Positions 50,106 to 59,448 of a DNA stretch of 64,000 nt are shown piece by piece. A program made the position numbers and the translations under genes. Origin of the DNA: Eubacteriales bacterium (GTDB taxonomy: Bacteria; Bacillota; Clostridia; Oscillospirales; CAG-272); NCBI GenBank assembly GCA_045654725.1, contig JAZONX010000030.1:5906-69905 (forward strand), in the 5' to 3' direction. The notes beneath the pieces were generated by a model. That model was not told the DNA's origin. It did not search any database and saw only the letters and a list, made by a program, of their open reading frames with translations. How positions within the stretch are numbered: position 1 is the stretch's first letter; each line of letters starts with the position of its first letter.

Positions 50106-50200
50106 AGAGCACCTCAATTGTTTGATATACCTAATTTTATCATCATTTTAGTGAGTTTTCAATAGAAAATAAAAAAATGTAAAAAAAGTTAAAAAAAGTA

Positions 50201-50229
50201 TTGATTTTTTAAAATCATTATGATATAAT
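50201..50229 (+). promoter_or_regulatory. sigma-A promoter of rplS
   Basis: TTGATT-17nt-TATAAT with extended TG. Confidence 0.75.
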
Positions 50230-50291
50230 GTCTACATCTGTGATTATGCCTATTTGGCGATATATGCCTATTGGCGAAACAGTATTATTAT

Positions 50292-50329
50292 CAGGACGGT
50301 CCTCTGCGATGCTCTGTACGAACGTCCGA
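50292..50329 (+). ncRNA. L19 ribosomal protein leader
   Basis: GGACG-GTCCTCTG...GAACGTCC stem just upstream of the rplS RBS; resembles the Firmicutes L19 leader as recalled. Confidence 0.7.
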
Positions 50330-50350
50330 AGTTTAAAGGAGGCCATAAAA

Positions 50351-50695
50351 ATGGAAAAGATCCAGGCTTTTGTTAGTGAGCAGCTTAAGACCGACGTTCC
50401 TAAGTTCGGTATCGGCGACGGCGTAAAAGTTTACGTTAAGATCGTCGAGGGTGAGAAGGAAAGAACTCAGATGTTTGAGGGTACCGTTATCGCAAGACAT
50501 GGTGGCGGCATCTCCGAGACCTTTACTGTAAGACGTGTTTCTTACGGTGTAGGCGTTGAAAAGACCTTCCCCCTTCATTCTCCCAACGTAGAGAAGGTTG
50601 TAGTATTCCGTGAGGCAAAGGTTCGCCGTGCTAAGCTTTACTACCTTCGCGACAGAGTTGGTAAGGCAGCAAAGGTTAAGGAGAAGGTTAACTAA
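50351..50695 (+). CDS. rplS: 50S ribosomal protein L19
   Basis: [37 protein letters not shown]; AAGGAGG RBS. Confidence 0.98.
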   Translation: MEKIQAFVSEQLKTDVPKFGIGDGVKVYVKIVEGEKERTQMFEGTVIARHGGGISETFTVRRVSYGVGVEKTFPLHSPNVEKVVVFREAKVRRAKLYYLRDRVGKAAKVKEKVN

Positions 50696-50711
50696 TCCTT
50701 ATCTGCCATAT

Positions 50712-50740
50712 AAAAAGCAGGGCATCTCGCCCTGCTTTTT
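50712..50740. terminator. bidirectional terminator
   Basis: AAAAAGCAGGGC-ATCTC-GCCCTGCTTTTT. Confidence 0.88.
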
Positions 50741-50744
50741 ATTT

Positions 50745-51083
50745 TTAAACAATATTTTCGGGAAGCTTTTTTCCGCCGAGAATGTGGAAATGAAGATGCT
50801 TTACTGTCTGCGCACCGTCTTCACCGATGTTAGTGATTACACGGTATCCGTTAGTAAGCCCGAGTGACTCAGCAATCTTGGGTATTACGGCGAAAATCTC
50901 TCCGATAATGTAGGCATTTTCGATGGTTATTTCATCAGCCGAAGAAATATGGAGTTTGGGAACAATAAGGCAATGTACCGGAGCCTGAGGAGCGATGTCT
51001 AGGAAGGCGTAGCAATGTTCGTTCTCGAACACCTTTTTTGAAGGAATATCTCCGTTTATTATAGCACAAAATAAGCAATCCAT
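50745..51083 (-). CDS. histidine triad (HIT/HinT) nucleotide-binding protein
   Basis: DCLFC, DIAPQAPVH, QTVKHLHFHILGG. Confidence 0.95.
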   Translation of the reverse strand: MDCLFCAIINGDIPSKKVFENEHCYAFLDIAPQAPVHCLIVPKLHISSADEITIENAYIIGEIFAVIPKIAESLGLTNGYRVITNIGEDGAQTVKHLHFHILGGKKLPENIV

Positions 51084-51217
51084 TGTTAAAACCACCTTTC
51101 TTTAATTGCAATTTAATTTTAACATAAATTAAGTCTATTTTCAAGAGTTTTTCATATTTCCTTGACTTTTTCTTCAATTTAGTATAATATTATTTTATAA
51201 AGAATTTTGGAGTATAT

Positions 51218-52333
51218 ATGCCTTACAAGTTGTTTGCTTTGCCGATCCCACCTGTAACAACGGATATGTGGGAAGAACTGAAAAACGAAAAGCGTCCCAT
51301 AATGGTATATGGTATGGGAAATGGGGCGGATAAGCTTTTTGAACGTTTTAAAGTACTTGGGATTTCGGTTGCAGAGGTTTTTGCATCCGACGGATTTGTC
51401 CGTGGTCACTCTTTCCGTGGATATAAGGTAAAATCCTTTTCCGAAATTAAAGAAAACTATCCCGAGTTTGTGATTGTTCTTTCATTTGCATCAAACAGGG
51501 AAGATGTGATAGATATGCTTGCAGATATAGACTCAAACTACGATATGTATGTTCCTGATATGCCTGTTGCAGGTATTGAGGAATATTTTGACAAGAATTT
51601 CTATAATGAGCACTATGACGCAATTATCAAGGCATATAAGAGTCTAGCTGACGACAATTCACGTGCTGTTTTTTCATCCGTAATTAATTATAAGCTTAAG
51701 GGAAGAATGAAATATTTACTTGAATGTTATTCTGTTCGTGATGATATTTATTCTTTAATGCCTGTAGAAAACATACGCGTAATCGTCGATGCAGGGGCAT
51801 ATAACGGCGACACAGCAAGGGAGGCAAAAAGCTATTTTCCAAACCTAAAACGAATTTATGCTTTGGAGCCTGATAAACGAAACTTCAAAAAACTGGAGAA
51901 ATATTCTGCGGCAGAAACTGAAATTGAGGTTACTCCGATCAATGCAGCTGCATGGCGAGAGGATTGTGAGGGCGCGTTTTTGGGTAGTGGAAATCGTAAC
52001 TCTACAGCTGTTGCGACAGCATCCTATGAGCATCGCGAGGACGCTGTTAAAATGATTAAAATTGACAATATTACAAGTGAAAAGATTGATTACATCAAAT
52101 ACGATGTTGAAGGTGCGGAGCGAGAGGCCTTGATAGGATCTCATAATATAATTATGAGCGATAATCCCAAGCTTTTGATATCTCTTTATCACCGTAGTCG
52201 TGACATTTTTGACTTGATAAATACCGTCTATGAGAGATATCCGAACTATTCGCTTTATCTCCGCAGACTTAAATGTCTTCCTGCTTGGGAGATAGATCTT
52301 ATTGCAGTAAATGAGCCGAAAGGAAATAAATAA
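51218..52333 (+). CDS. FkbM family methyltransferase
   Basis: N-terminal Rossmann-like YGMGNGADK; VDAGAYNGD, EPD, IKYDVEGAE, SLYH. Confidence 0.9.
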   Translation: MPYKLFALPIPPVTTDMWEELKNEKRPIMVYGMGNGADKLFERFKVLGISVAEVFASDGFVRGHSFRGYKVKSFSEIKENYPEFVIVLSFASNREDVIDMLADIDSNYDMYVPDMPVAGIEEYFDKNFYNEHYDAIIKAYKSLADDNSRAVFSSVINYKLKGRMKYLLECYSVRDDIYSLMPVENIRVIVDAGAYNGDTAREAKSYFPNLKRIYALEPDKRNFKKLEKYSAAETEIEVTPINAAAWREDCEGAFLGSGNRNSTAVATASYEHREDAVKMIKIDNITSEKIDYIKYDVEGAEREALIGSHNIIMSDNPKLLISLYHRSRDIFDLINTVYERYPNYSLYLRRLKCLPAWEIDLIAVNEPKGNK

Positions 52334-53562
52334 TGAAAAGACCCGAAATACTTTCACCGGCGGGTAATTTTGAGAAAATGCGCGCCGCCATACTATACGG
52401 TGCAGATGCCGTATATCTTGCAGGACATATATTTGGTATGCGTGCAGCTGCGGATAATTTCTCAATAGAAGAGCTTGAAGAAGCTGTAAAATACGCTCAC
52501 GAGCGTGGAGTAAAGGTGTATTTGACCCTTAACACCATGCCGAGAGAGGATGAATACGATCTTTTACGCAAATATTTGGTCGATCTCTCGCATATAGATA
52601 TTGATGCGATGATAATAGCCGATGTTGGAGTTCTTATGCTTGTAAAGGAAACGATTCCTAATATGGAAATTCACATTTCCACTCAGGCTAACGCTACTAG
52701 CGCAGCTGCTTGTAAGGCATGGTATGCTCTTGGTGCAAAGAGGGTTGTTCTTGCGAGAGAGCTTACGCTTGAAGAAATCAAGGCGATACGTATGAATATT
52801 CCTGAGGAACTCGAGATTGAGTGTTTCATTCACGGTTCAATGTGTGTTTCGTATAGTGGAAGATGCTTACTCTCCAACCACATGGTTGGAAGAGATGCTA
52901 ACCGGGGTATGTGCGCACAGCCTTGCAGATGGAATTACACTATCCGTAATTACGAGATTGAGGAAGAGAAGCGTCCTGATTGCAAAATGCCTGTTGAGGA
53001 AATTAATGGTGAAACATTCATTATAGCGAGCCGTGATACTTGTACCATTCAGCATATTCCGGAGCTTATTGAAGCAGGCATTAATTCCTTCAAGATTGAA
53101 GGTAGAATGAAGTCGGCATATTATACTGCAGTTGTTACAAATGCTTATAAAATGGCTATTGATTCATATTTTTCGGGTAACTATTCCTATGATCCCGCTT
53201 GGTATCGTGAGCTTGAGTCGGTTAGCCACAGAGAGTATTATACAGGCTACTATTTCACCGACTCGCATACAGATGCGAATATCGTACCAAACAACGGATA
53301 TATCAAGGATAAGGCATATTTGGCTGTCGCTGTTGGATATGATAAGGACAAAGGACTTGCAGAATTTACACAACGTAATAAAATGTGCTTTGGTGATAAC
53401 GGAGAGCTTCTGACTCCCGGTAAAATAGGCAGAGAACTTAAAATTGGCGAACTTTTCGATGAAAATATGAATCCGATAGAAAGTACGCCACATCCGTATA
53501 TGAAATTCTTTATGAAGGTAGACTTTGAAGTCAAGGCGGGAGATATCCTCCGCGCAAAATAA
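52333..53562 (+). CDS. U32 family protein (TrhP-like tRNA hydroxylation)
   Basis: PEILSPAG, GADAVY, HISTQ, CVSYSGRC...CAQPC Fe-S motif, KIEGRMK. Confidence 0.92.
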   Translation: MKRPEILSPAGNFEKMRAAILYGADAVYLAGHIFGMRAAADNFSIEELEEAVKYAHERGVKVYLTLNTMPREDEYDLLRKYLVDLSHIDIDAMIIADVGVLMLVKETIPNMEIHISTQANATSAAACKAWYALGAKRVVLARELTLEEIKAIRMNIPEELEIECFIHGSMCVSYSGRCLLSNHMVGRDANRGMCAQPCRWNYTIRNYEIEEEKRPDCKMPVEEINGETFIIASRDTCTIQHIPELIEAGINSFKIEGRMKSAYYTAVVTNAYKMAIDSYFSGNYSYDPAWYRELESVSHREYYTGYYFTDSHTDANIVPNNGYIKDKAYLAVAVGYDKDKGLAEFTQRNKMCFGDNGELLTPGKIGRELKIGELFDENMNPIESTPHPYMKFFMKVDFEVKAGDILRAK

Positions 53563-53571
53563 GGAGATTTA

Positions 53572-54411
53572 ATGTTTATTTTTGAGATTATCAAGGCCAT
53601 AATTCTTGGCATAGTAGAGGGGATAACAGAGTGGTTGCCGATAAGTTCGACAGGACACATGATCCTTGTAGATGAGTTTCTAAAGTTAAAGGTCTCGACT
53701 GAATTTTTAGAGATGTTCCTCGTTGTAATACAGCTTGGAGCAATTTGTGCCGTGCCTCTTCTGTTTTGGGATAAGATTTATCCCTTCTCAAGAAAAAAGA
53801 CTAAAGAAGAAAATAAAGCCATTTGGAACATGTGGGGCAAGGTAATTGTCGGTGCAATACCCGCGGCTGTTATCGGTTTGTTGTTTGACGATCTGCTCGA
53901 CACATACCTTTATAATTACGTTGTAGTTGCTATTGCTCTTATATTTTATGGTATTGCCTTCATTTTCGTAGAAAAATTCAAGGCAGAAAAGAAAAATCGT
54001 GTTGAAACTCTTGACCAGCTGACATATAAAGACGCCATGAAAATCGGTGCATTCCAGGTTTTATCTTTGATCCCGGGAACCTCACGTTCGGGTTCTACAA
54101 TACTTGGCGGTTTGATTAGTGGCGTTTCAAGACAAGCCAGCGCAGAGTTTTCTTTCTTTATGGCAATTCCCATTATGCTCGGCGCATCCGGACTTAAGGT
54201 ATTGAAATTTATGCTTGAGGGTTTTACCGCAAGCGTTGAAGAGATAGCACTTTTGTTTGTGGGAATGATTGTTTCCTTCTTGGTTTCTTACTTTGTAATA
54301 AAGTTTCTTATGGACTTTGTTAAACGTCACGATTTTAAGATATTTGGTTACTATAGAATAGGACTTGGTGTTTTAGTTCTCATATACTTTATGATTAAAA
54401 CTTTAATTTGA
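53572..54411 (+). CDS. uppP: undecaprenyl-diphosphatase
   Basis: EGITEWLPISSTGH, PGTSRSG, EFSFFMAIP. Confidence 0.96.
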   Translation: MFIFEIIKAIILGIVEGITEWLPISSTGHMILVDEFLKLKVSTEFLEMFLVVIQLGAICAVPLLFWDKIYPFSRKKTKEENKAIWNMWGKVIVGAIPAAVIGLLFDDLLDTYLYNYVVVAIALIFYGIAFIFVEKFKAEKKNRVETLDQLTYKDAMKIGAFQVLSLIPGTSRSGSTILGGLISGVSRQASAEFSFFMAIPIMLGASGLKVLKFMLEGFTASVEEIALLFVGMIVSFLVSYFVIKFLMDFVKRHDFKIFGYYRIGLGVLVLIYFMIKTLI

Positions 54412-54425
54412 GGCAGAGTATTAAA

Positions 54426-55370
54426 ATGAAAAAAGTTGTTTTTTATCCGGGAAATCTTTCAATCGGAGTTTTATACAAAAAAAACTCAAAATTGAACAAG
54501 AATTTGGCATATCTTTTTGCTCCAGGAATTGATGTAACGGGTAGGGTTGAAAATTACCTTATTAAGGATACAGAGAATCTTTCTTACCGCGAGGATAAAA
54601 TCAAGAAAATCAGCGTTTTTCTTCCTGAAAGTTATGACGGTAAAACTCCACACGATATTCTTTATTTCTTTGATGCACAGAATCTGTTTTGCAAAGCAGG
54701 TGAGTACACCGAAAATGGTGATCCTTACGGCTCCTGGCAGCTCGATATAGTTATTAGCGAACTTCATCGTCAGTATGGAAAAAACTTAATTGTTGTTGGA
54801 ATTGATAATGCTGATATGTATCGCAGTCATGAGTTGTTTATGAATCCCGATGAATTCGGTGAGCTTTCGTCGTTAGCGACCGCAATTCCCGATGATGATT
54901 TTTCCAAAGGATATCTTGACGGACTTTCTAACTTTATGACTAACACTTTACATAGCTTCATAAAAGAAAAGTATTGCGTTAGTGAAGATAACATAGGCAT
55001 TGGAGGTTCTTCAATGGGCGGCATAGCTTCGTTCTACTGTGGACTTCGTGAGAAGGGATTCTACAAGTACGTGCTTTCATATTCTCCGGCATTTGGACTT
55101 TATGAAATGAGTGCTTTTGAGAACTATTTTGCAAAGCAAGATTTTGCAAATCAGAACGACAAATTTCCTAAAATCCATATATATTGCGGCGGCGGTGATA
55201 TGCTTGAACAGCAGCTTTTACCTTCCTCGGTTGCAATGAAAAACTTACTTGTAAAGCATGGATATGATGTAAACAAGATATTTGAAACATATGATTTCGA
55301 AAAACCTCACAATGAGGAGTCCTGGAGACTTATTTTGCCCGAAAGCTTCACATATTTGCTTAATTTATAA
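54426..55370 (+). CDS. putative esterase (alpha/beta hydrolase)
   Basis: DAQNLF, GSSMGG, HNEESW. Confidence 0.85.
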   Translation: MKKVVFYPGNLSIGVLYKKNSKLNKNLAYLFAPGIDVTGRVENYLIKDTENLSYREDKIKKISVFLPESYDGKTPHDILYFFDAQNLFCKAGEYTENGDPYGSWQLDIVISELHRQYGKNLIVVGIDNADMYRSHELFMNPDEFGELSSLATAIPDDDFSKGYLDGLSNFMTNTLHSFIKEKYCVSEDNIGIGGSSMGGIASFYCGLREKGFYKYVLSYSPAFGLYEMSAFENYFAKQDFANQNDKFPKIHIYCGGGDMLEQQLLPSSVAMKNLLVKHGYDVNKIFETYDFEKPHNEESWRLILPESFTYLLNL

Positions 55371-55378
55371 GGAACATT

Positions 55379-56161
55379 ATGACAGACTATTTAAAAGAAT
55401 ATTATGACAATTACGACGAGGACGTAAGGCTATTATCCAGACATGGCAATATAGAGTTCCTGACCTCAATGAAATACATAGAGCGTTATCTTTTTGACGG
55501 TGCAAAGATTCTAGAGGTTGGAGCGGGCACAGGAAGATATAGTCACACCTTGGCGCACAAAGGATACACTGTTGATGCCGTTGAGCTCATTCAACATAAC
55601 ATTGATGTATTCGAAAGCAAGATTACATCAGATGAAAAAATCACAGTAAGGCAGGGAAATGCAATCGATCTTTCGTTTATTAAAGATGAAAGCTATGATA
55701 TTACCTTGCTGCTGGGTCCTATGTATCATCTTTATACAAATGAGGATAAGCTTGCGGCATTATCTGAGGCAATTCGTGTAACGAAACGCGCTGGAATTGT
55801 TTTTGTGGCTTATTGCATGGGCGATGCTTCGGTTTTGCAATATGGATTTGGAAGAGATATGATCCACGATCTGATAGAAAAGTGTCTGCTTGACACCGAA
55901 ACATTCGACACATTTTCTAATCCGTGGGATTTATTTGAGCTTTATAGAAAAGAAGATATTGATGCATTGAGATCTAATTTTAATGTGGAGCAACTTCACT
56001 TTATTGCTGCAGATGGGTATGCAAATCATATCAGAGAAAAGCTTGAACAAATGGATCAGAAAACCTATGATTTATTCATTAAATATCATCTTGCCACTTG
56101 TGAACGCCAGGATTTGATTGGCTACTCAAATCACACTCTTGATATCATTAAAAAGAAATAA
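55379..56161 (+). CDS. class I SAM-dependent methyltransferase
   Basis: LEVGAGTGRY, LGPMYHL. Confidence 0.9.
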   Translation: MTDYLKEYYDNYDEDVRLLSRHGNIEFLTSMKYIERYLFDGAKILEVGAGTGRYSHTLAHKGYTVDAVELIQHNIDVFESKITSDEKITVRQGNAIDLSFIKDESYDITLLLGPMYHLYTNEDKLAALSEAIRVTKRAGIVFVAYCMGDASVLQYGFGRDMIHDLIEKCLLDTETFDTFSNPWDLFELYRKEDIDALRSNFNVEQLHFIAADGYANHIREKLEQMDQKTYDLFIKYHLATCERQDLIGYSNHTLDIIKKK

Positions 56162-56172
56162 ACAGGTAGAAA

Positions 56173-56200
56173 AACCGAGGCAGAGTTAAATGCCTCGGTT
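56173..56200. terminator. bidirectional terminator
   Basis: AACCGAGGCA...TGCCTCGGTT. Confidence 0.75.
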
Positions 56201-56207
56201 ATATTTA

Positions 56208-56885
56208 TTAAATATTGTTTATCTTTTCCCACATAATGGTTTTTTCGCCGTTCGACTCAAGAAAGGCATTTGCCTTTATAAAATGTCCGCAACCAAAGAA
56301 GCCTGCATATGCAGAAAGTGGACTCGGGTGAGCACATTCAAGGACAAGATGGTTTGGATTTGTAATGAGCGTTTTTTTTGCTCGAGCATTGCCGCCCCAA
56401 AGCATAAACACCACAGGACGTTCCTTTTGATTGATTATTTCAATAATTTTGTCGGTCAATATTTCCCATCCGCGTCCTTTGTGGCTTTGAGGGGATGCTT
56501 CGCGTACCGTAAGAGTAGCGTTCAAGAGGAGAACTCCTTGTTTTGCCCAACCAACAAGTTCTCCGCACGGAGGCTCCTCGATACCTAACTCGTGTTTTAA
56601 TTCCTTGAAAATGTTTTTTAGAGATGGAGGAGGCGGTGTGCCTTCCTTGACGGAGAAGCAAAGTCCATGCGCTTGGCCATATCCGTGGTAAGGGTCTTGT
56701 CCCAGAATTACTACACGAGTGTTTTCGAATGACGTATATCTCAGGGCATTGTAAATATCATTCATAGGAGGATAAATGCGACGTGAAAAATATTCAGTTT
56801 TCAAAAATTCGCGTAGGGAAAGATAATATTCTTTATTAAATTCTTCCTTTAAAAGGTTGTCCCAATCGTTTCCAAGATTAACCAT
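56208..56885 (-). CDS. ung: uracil-DNA glycosylase
   Basis: GQDPYH, PPSLKNI, GVLLLN, HPSPLS. Confidence 0.97.
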   Translation of the reverse strand: MVNLGNDWDNLLKEEFNKEYYLSLREFLKTEYFSRRIYPPMNDIYNALRYTSFENTRVVILGQDPYHGYGQAHGLCFSVKEGTPPPPSLKNIFKELKHELGIEEPPCGELVGWAKQGVLLLNATLTVREASPQSHKGRGWEILTDKIIEIINQKERPVVFMLWGGNARAKKTLITNPNHLVLECAHPSPLSAYAGFFGCGHFIKANAFLESNGEKTIMWEKINNI

Positions 56886-56943
56886 AACGTTGTCCTCCTT
56901 GTTTGCTTATTTTAGCATATTAAGGTTATTAAGTCAATAGAAA

Positions 56944-56963
56944 AGCCCGGAAAAATCCGGGCT
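56944..56963 (-). terminator. terminator after the S1 gene
   Basis: AGCCCGGA-AAAA-TCCGGGCT with T-run on the minus strand. Confidence 0.7.
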
Positions 56964-56968
56964 AAATT

Positions 56969-57904
56969 TTAGAAAACGGTTTCTATTATTTTGTTCGAAC
57001 CATCAGGGGAATATTTCCATGAGTCTATATGTAGAACTCTTTCTGTGTCTACAAAGTAGGATAGTGGAGGATTTGGAGTATCTGTATCATCGGTAGAGAT
57101 GATAATCAGCTTTATTTTCATTTTATCTGGAATAATGCTTTTTATATAAACGGCCGCAGATTGTCCCGGTTGAACGTCCTCACGATATTCCGCAAGTCCA
57201 GCAAGATTTGGAGTTAACTCTACAAATATACCATAGCTTTCAACACTTCTGATTATTCCGCGTACGGTTTCGCCCTCAGAGAATAGCGCAGCATTTTCTT
57301 CCCAAGTTCCAAGTAGCTCTCGTCCTGATACAAAAATTCTACCGCGTTCATCAATTCCGCGTACTACTGTATATATCATATCTCCGACCTTAAGTCTGGC
57401 AGCAGGATGGGAAATTCGAGAAACTGAAATAGAGTCAATAGAGAGAAGGGAAATACGACCGCAACCTACATCAACAAAGGCACCAAAGTTTTCAAGATGC
57501 GTAACCTTAGCTTTGATTATGTCCCCGCTGACAAGCCCCTTAATATAATTCTCAAGGCACTCAAACTGCGCGGCTCTTCTTGATAACATTGCCACAACGC
57601 CACCATTTGGAGTCATTTTAAATCCACTTACTTTAAAGCAAACCGTTTTTCCAACGCGAGTTAAGATAGCAATATCCTTCGTTGGTTCGCCATCGAGTGA
57701 ATATTCTACCTCGCCTCGTGGAATTATACCACGAATACCTCCTCCCAAATCGACGTGGAGATCTAAATTGTGATCACAAAGAACAACCGGTGCTTCCAGG
57801 ATTACCTGACGCTCAAGTGCCTTTTCAAGTCCCGCGCGGGAGGAGATGTATTCATAATTTTTAGCCGTTTTAATTAATGATCCTTCGGGCTTATACTCGT
57901 TCAT
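56969..57904 (-). CDS. multi-S1-domain RNA-binding protein (not canonical RpsA)
   Basis: Three S1-like repeats (IRGIIP, FGAFVDVG, YGIFVEL). Confidence 0.85.
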   Translation of the reverse strand: MNEYKPEGSLIKTAKNYEYISSRAGLEKALERQVILEAPVVLCDHNLDLHVDLGGGIRGIIPRGEVEYSLDGEPTKDIAILTRVGKTVCFKVSGFKMTPNGGVVAMLSRRAAQFECLENYIKGLVSGDIIKAKVTHLENFGAFVDVGCGRISLLSIDSISVSRISHPAARLKVGDMIYTVVRGIDERGRIFVSGRELLGTWEENAALFSEGETVRGIIRSVESYGIFVELTPNLAGLAEYREDVQPGQSAAVYIKSIIPDKMKIKLIIISTDDTDTPNPPLSYFVDTERVLHIDSWKYSPDGSNKIIETVF

Positions 57905-57940
57905 AGCCACTACCTTTCTGTTTCGTAATTTCGATGGTAA

Positions 57941-57969
57941 ATACTATGCGCGAGATATCTTAAATATTC
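57941..57969 (-). promoter_or_regulatory. putative sigma-E promoter of the S1 gene
   Basis: GAATA-16nt-CATAGTAT. Confidence 0.6.
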
Positions 57970-57978
57970 CGAAGTTAG

Positions 57979-58344
57979 TCAGCCCTCGTCAACATTTCCT
58001 CCCGAGAGCCCGAAGCTTACTTCGATAGCGTTGTTTACGCTGCTCATTGTCACATCATCAAGATGTCCCATTTTTTCTTTTAGACGTTTTTTGTCTATGG
58101 TACGTATTTGTTCGAGCAATATTATGCTATCTTTTGCAAGTCCGGCATCCTCCCCCGGCACATCAATATGAGTTGGAAGCTTTGTTTTACTCATTTTTGA
58201 GGTTATTGCGGCAGCTATAACCGTTGGACTGTACTTGTTTCCTACGTCGTTTTGAACGATCAATACAGGACGCAAACCTCCTTGTTCACTGCCGACCACA
58301 GGACTTAGATCGGCGTAATATATGTCACCTCGTTTTATGTTCAT
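57979..58344 (-). CDS. mazF: MazF/PemK (NdoA/EndoA-type) endoribonuclease
   Basis: [43 protein letters not shown]. Confidence 0.96.
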   Translation of the reverse strand: MNIKRGDIYYADLSPVVGSEQGGLRPVLIVQNDVGNKYSPTVIAAAITSKMSKTKLPTHIDVPGEDAGLAKDSIILLEQIRTIDKKRLKEKMGHLDDVTMSSVNNAIEVSFGLSGGNVDEG

Positions 58345-58399
58345 TTTCTTAACCTTTTCTTTAGAAATTTAGTACATTTTTGATTAGTTTCCTTAATCT

Positions 58400-58428
58400 T
58401 ATTCTGCCATGTTTTTATTTTTTTAAAC
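58400..58428 (-). promoter_or_regulatory. putative forespore (sigma-F/G-like) promoter of mazF
   Basis: GTTTA-15nt-GGCAGAATA. Confidence 0.45.
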
Positions 58429-58554
58429 AAACTTTCTATAAAGTTCTGCATTAACAGTTTATGAAAAGTATTTTTTTTGTTTCTAAATAAAAATCTTGAC
58501 TTTAGAAAAAAATTGTTATATAATAGGATTACAAAATGTGAAGGAGGTTCATAT

Positions 58555-59088
58555 ATGTCTAATATTTGGCATGACATTTCCCCTAAAAGAATAAATCCCG
58601 AGGACTTTATTTGCGTTATCGAGATCTCAAAGGGAAGCAAGAAAAAATATGAGCTTGACAAGGAGACCGGATATATAATTCTTGATAGAATTCTCTATAC
58701 TTCGACTCATTATCCCGCAAACTACGGCTTCATTCCAAGAACATACGGTGATGACTCTGACCCTCTTGACGTCCTACTTATTTGTGCGGAGTCTCTCGAG
58801 CCTATGTCTCTTGTGCGTGCATATCCTATTGGTGTTATTACGATGATTGATAATGGAAGATACGACGAGAAGATTATTGCTATTCCTTTCAACGATCCTA
58901 ACTACAATATGTATAAGAGTATTAATGAGCTTCCCAAACATATTTTTAACGAAATGTCCCATTTCTTCAAGGTTTATAAAAATCTTGAGAACAAGGATAC
59001 GGTAGTTGATGATGTGCACGGAAGAGAAGAGGCGATTAATATCATTTCCGTGGCAATTGACAGCTATATTGATAATTTCTGTAAATAA
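58555..59088 (+). CDS. ppa: family I inorganic pyrophosphatase
   Basis: KYELDK, YPANYGFIP, DDSDPLDV, DEK; AAGGAGG RBS. Confidence 0.96.
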   Translation: MSNIWHDISPKRINPEDFICVIEISKGSKKKYELDKETGYIILDRILYTSTHYPANYGFIPRTYGDDSDPLDVLLICAESLEPMSLVRAYPIGVITMIDNGRYDEKIIAIPFNDPNYNMYKSINELPKHIFNEMSHFFKVYKNLENKDTVVDDVHGREEAINIISVAIDSYIDNFCK

Positions 59089-59094
59089 ATGTTT

Positions 59095-59128
59095 AGGGGC
59101 TATCAGCAGATGTGATAGCCCCTTTTTT
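59095..59128. terminator. rho-independent terminator
   Basis: AGGGGCTATCA...TGATAGCCCCT followed by T-run. Confidence 0.85.
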
Positions 59129-59132
59129 CTTT

Positions 59133-59351
59133 TTACGCGTGGTCTCTAACAACCTCGTCGTCATCCATAAAGAGCATAGAAATGCTCCAAATACCGGCAA
59201 GAGCAATTACAGTGTAAATAATTCTAGCCATAATGGCGGTTGCACCGCCGCAGATCCATGCTACAAGGTCGAAGGAAAATAATCCAACGAGACCCCAGTT
59301 AAGAGCGCCGACGATAATGAGAATCAACGCGATCTTGTTTATAATCGTCAT
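59133..59351 (-). CDS. DUF378 (YuzA-like) small membrane protein
   Basis: IVGALNWGLVGLFSFDLV...RIIY. Confidence 0.93.
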   Translation of the reverse strand: MTIINKIALILIIVGALNWGLVGLFSFDLVAWICGGATAIMARIIYTVIALAGIWSISMLFMDDDEVVRDHA

Positions 59352-59416
59352 ATTGATGACCGCACCTCTTTCAAGAAATAAGGACCGCCTACGTAGGAAA
59401 CGTCAGGATCCGTTTT

Positions 59417-59445
59417 TATTTTCCCCCAGAGATGCGCTTTTATAC
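59417..59445 (-). promoter_or_regulatory. putative sigma-F/G promoter of the DUF378 gene
   Basis: GTATA-15nt-GGGAAAATA. Confidence 0.55.
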
Positions 59446-59448
59446 ACG

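Noticed and set aside
50228-50350. 41-codon N-terminal extension of L19
   Set aside because: Starts within the -10 box and spans the RNA leader; the true start is 50351.
58341-58661. 106-aa minus-strand ORF upstream of mazF as a possible antitoxin
   Set aside because: Begins antisense inside ppa, crosses AT-rich promoter DNA, has no RBS and no RHH/AbrB resemblance.
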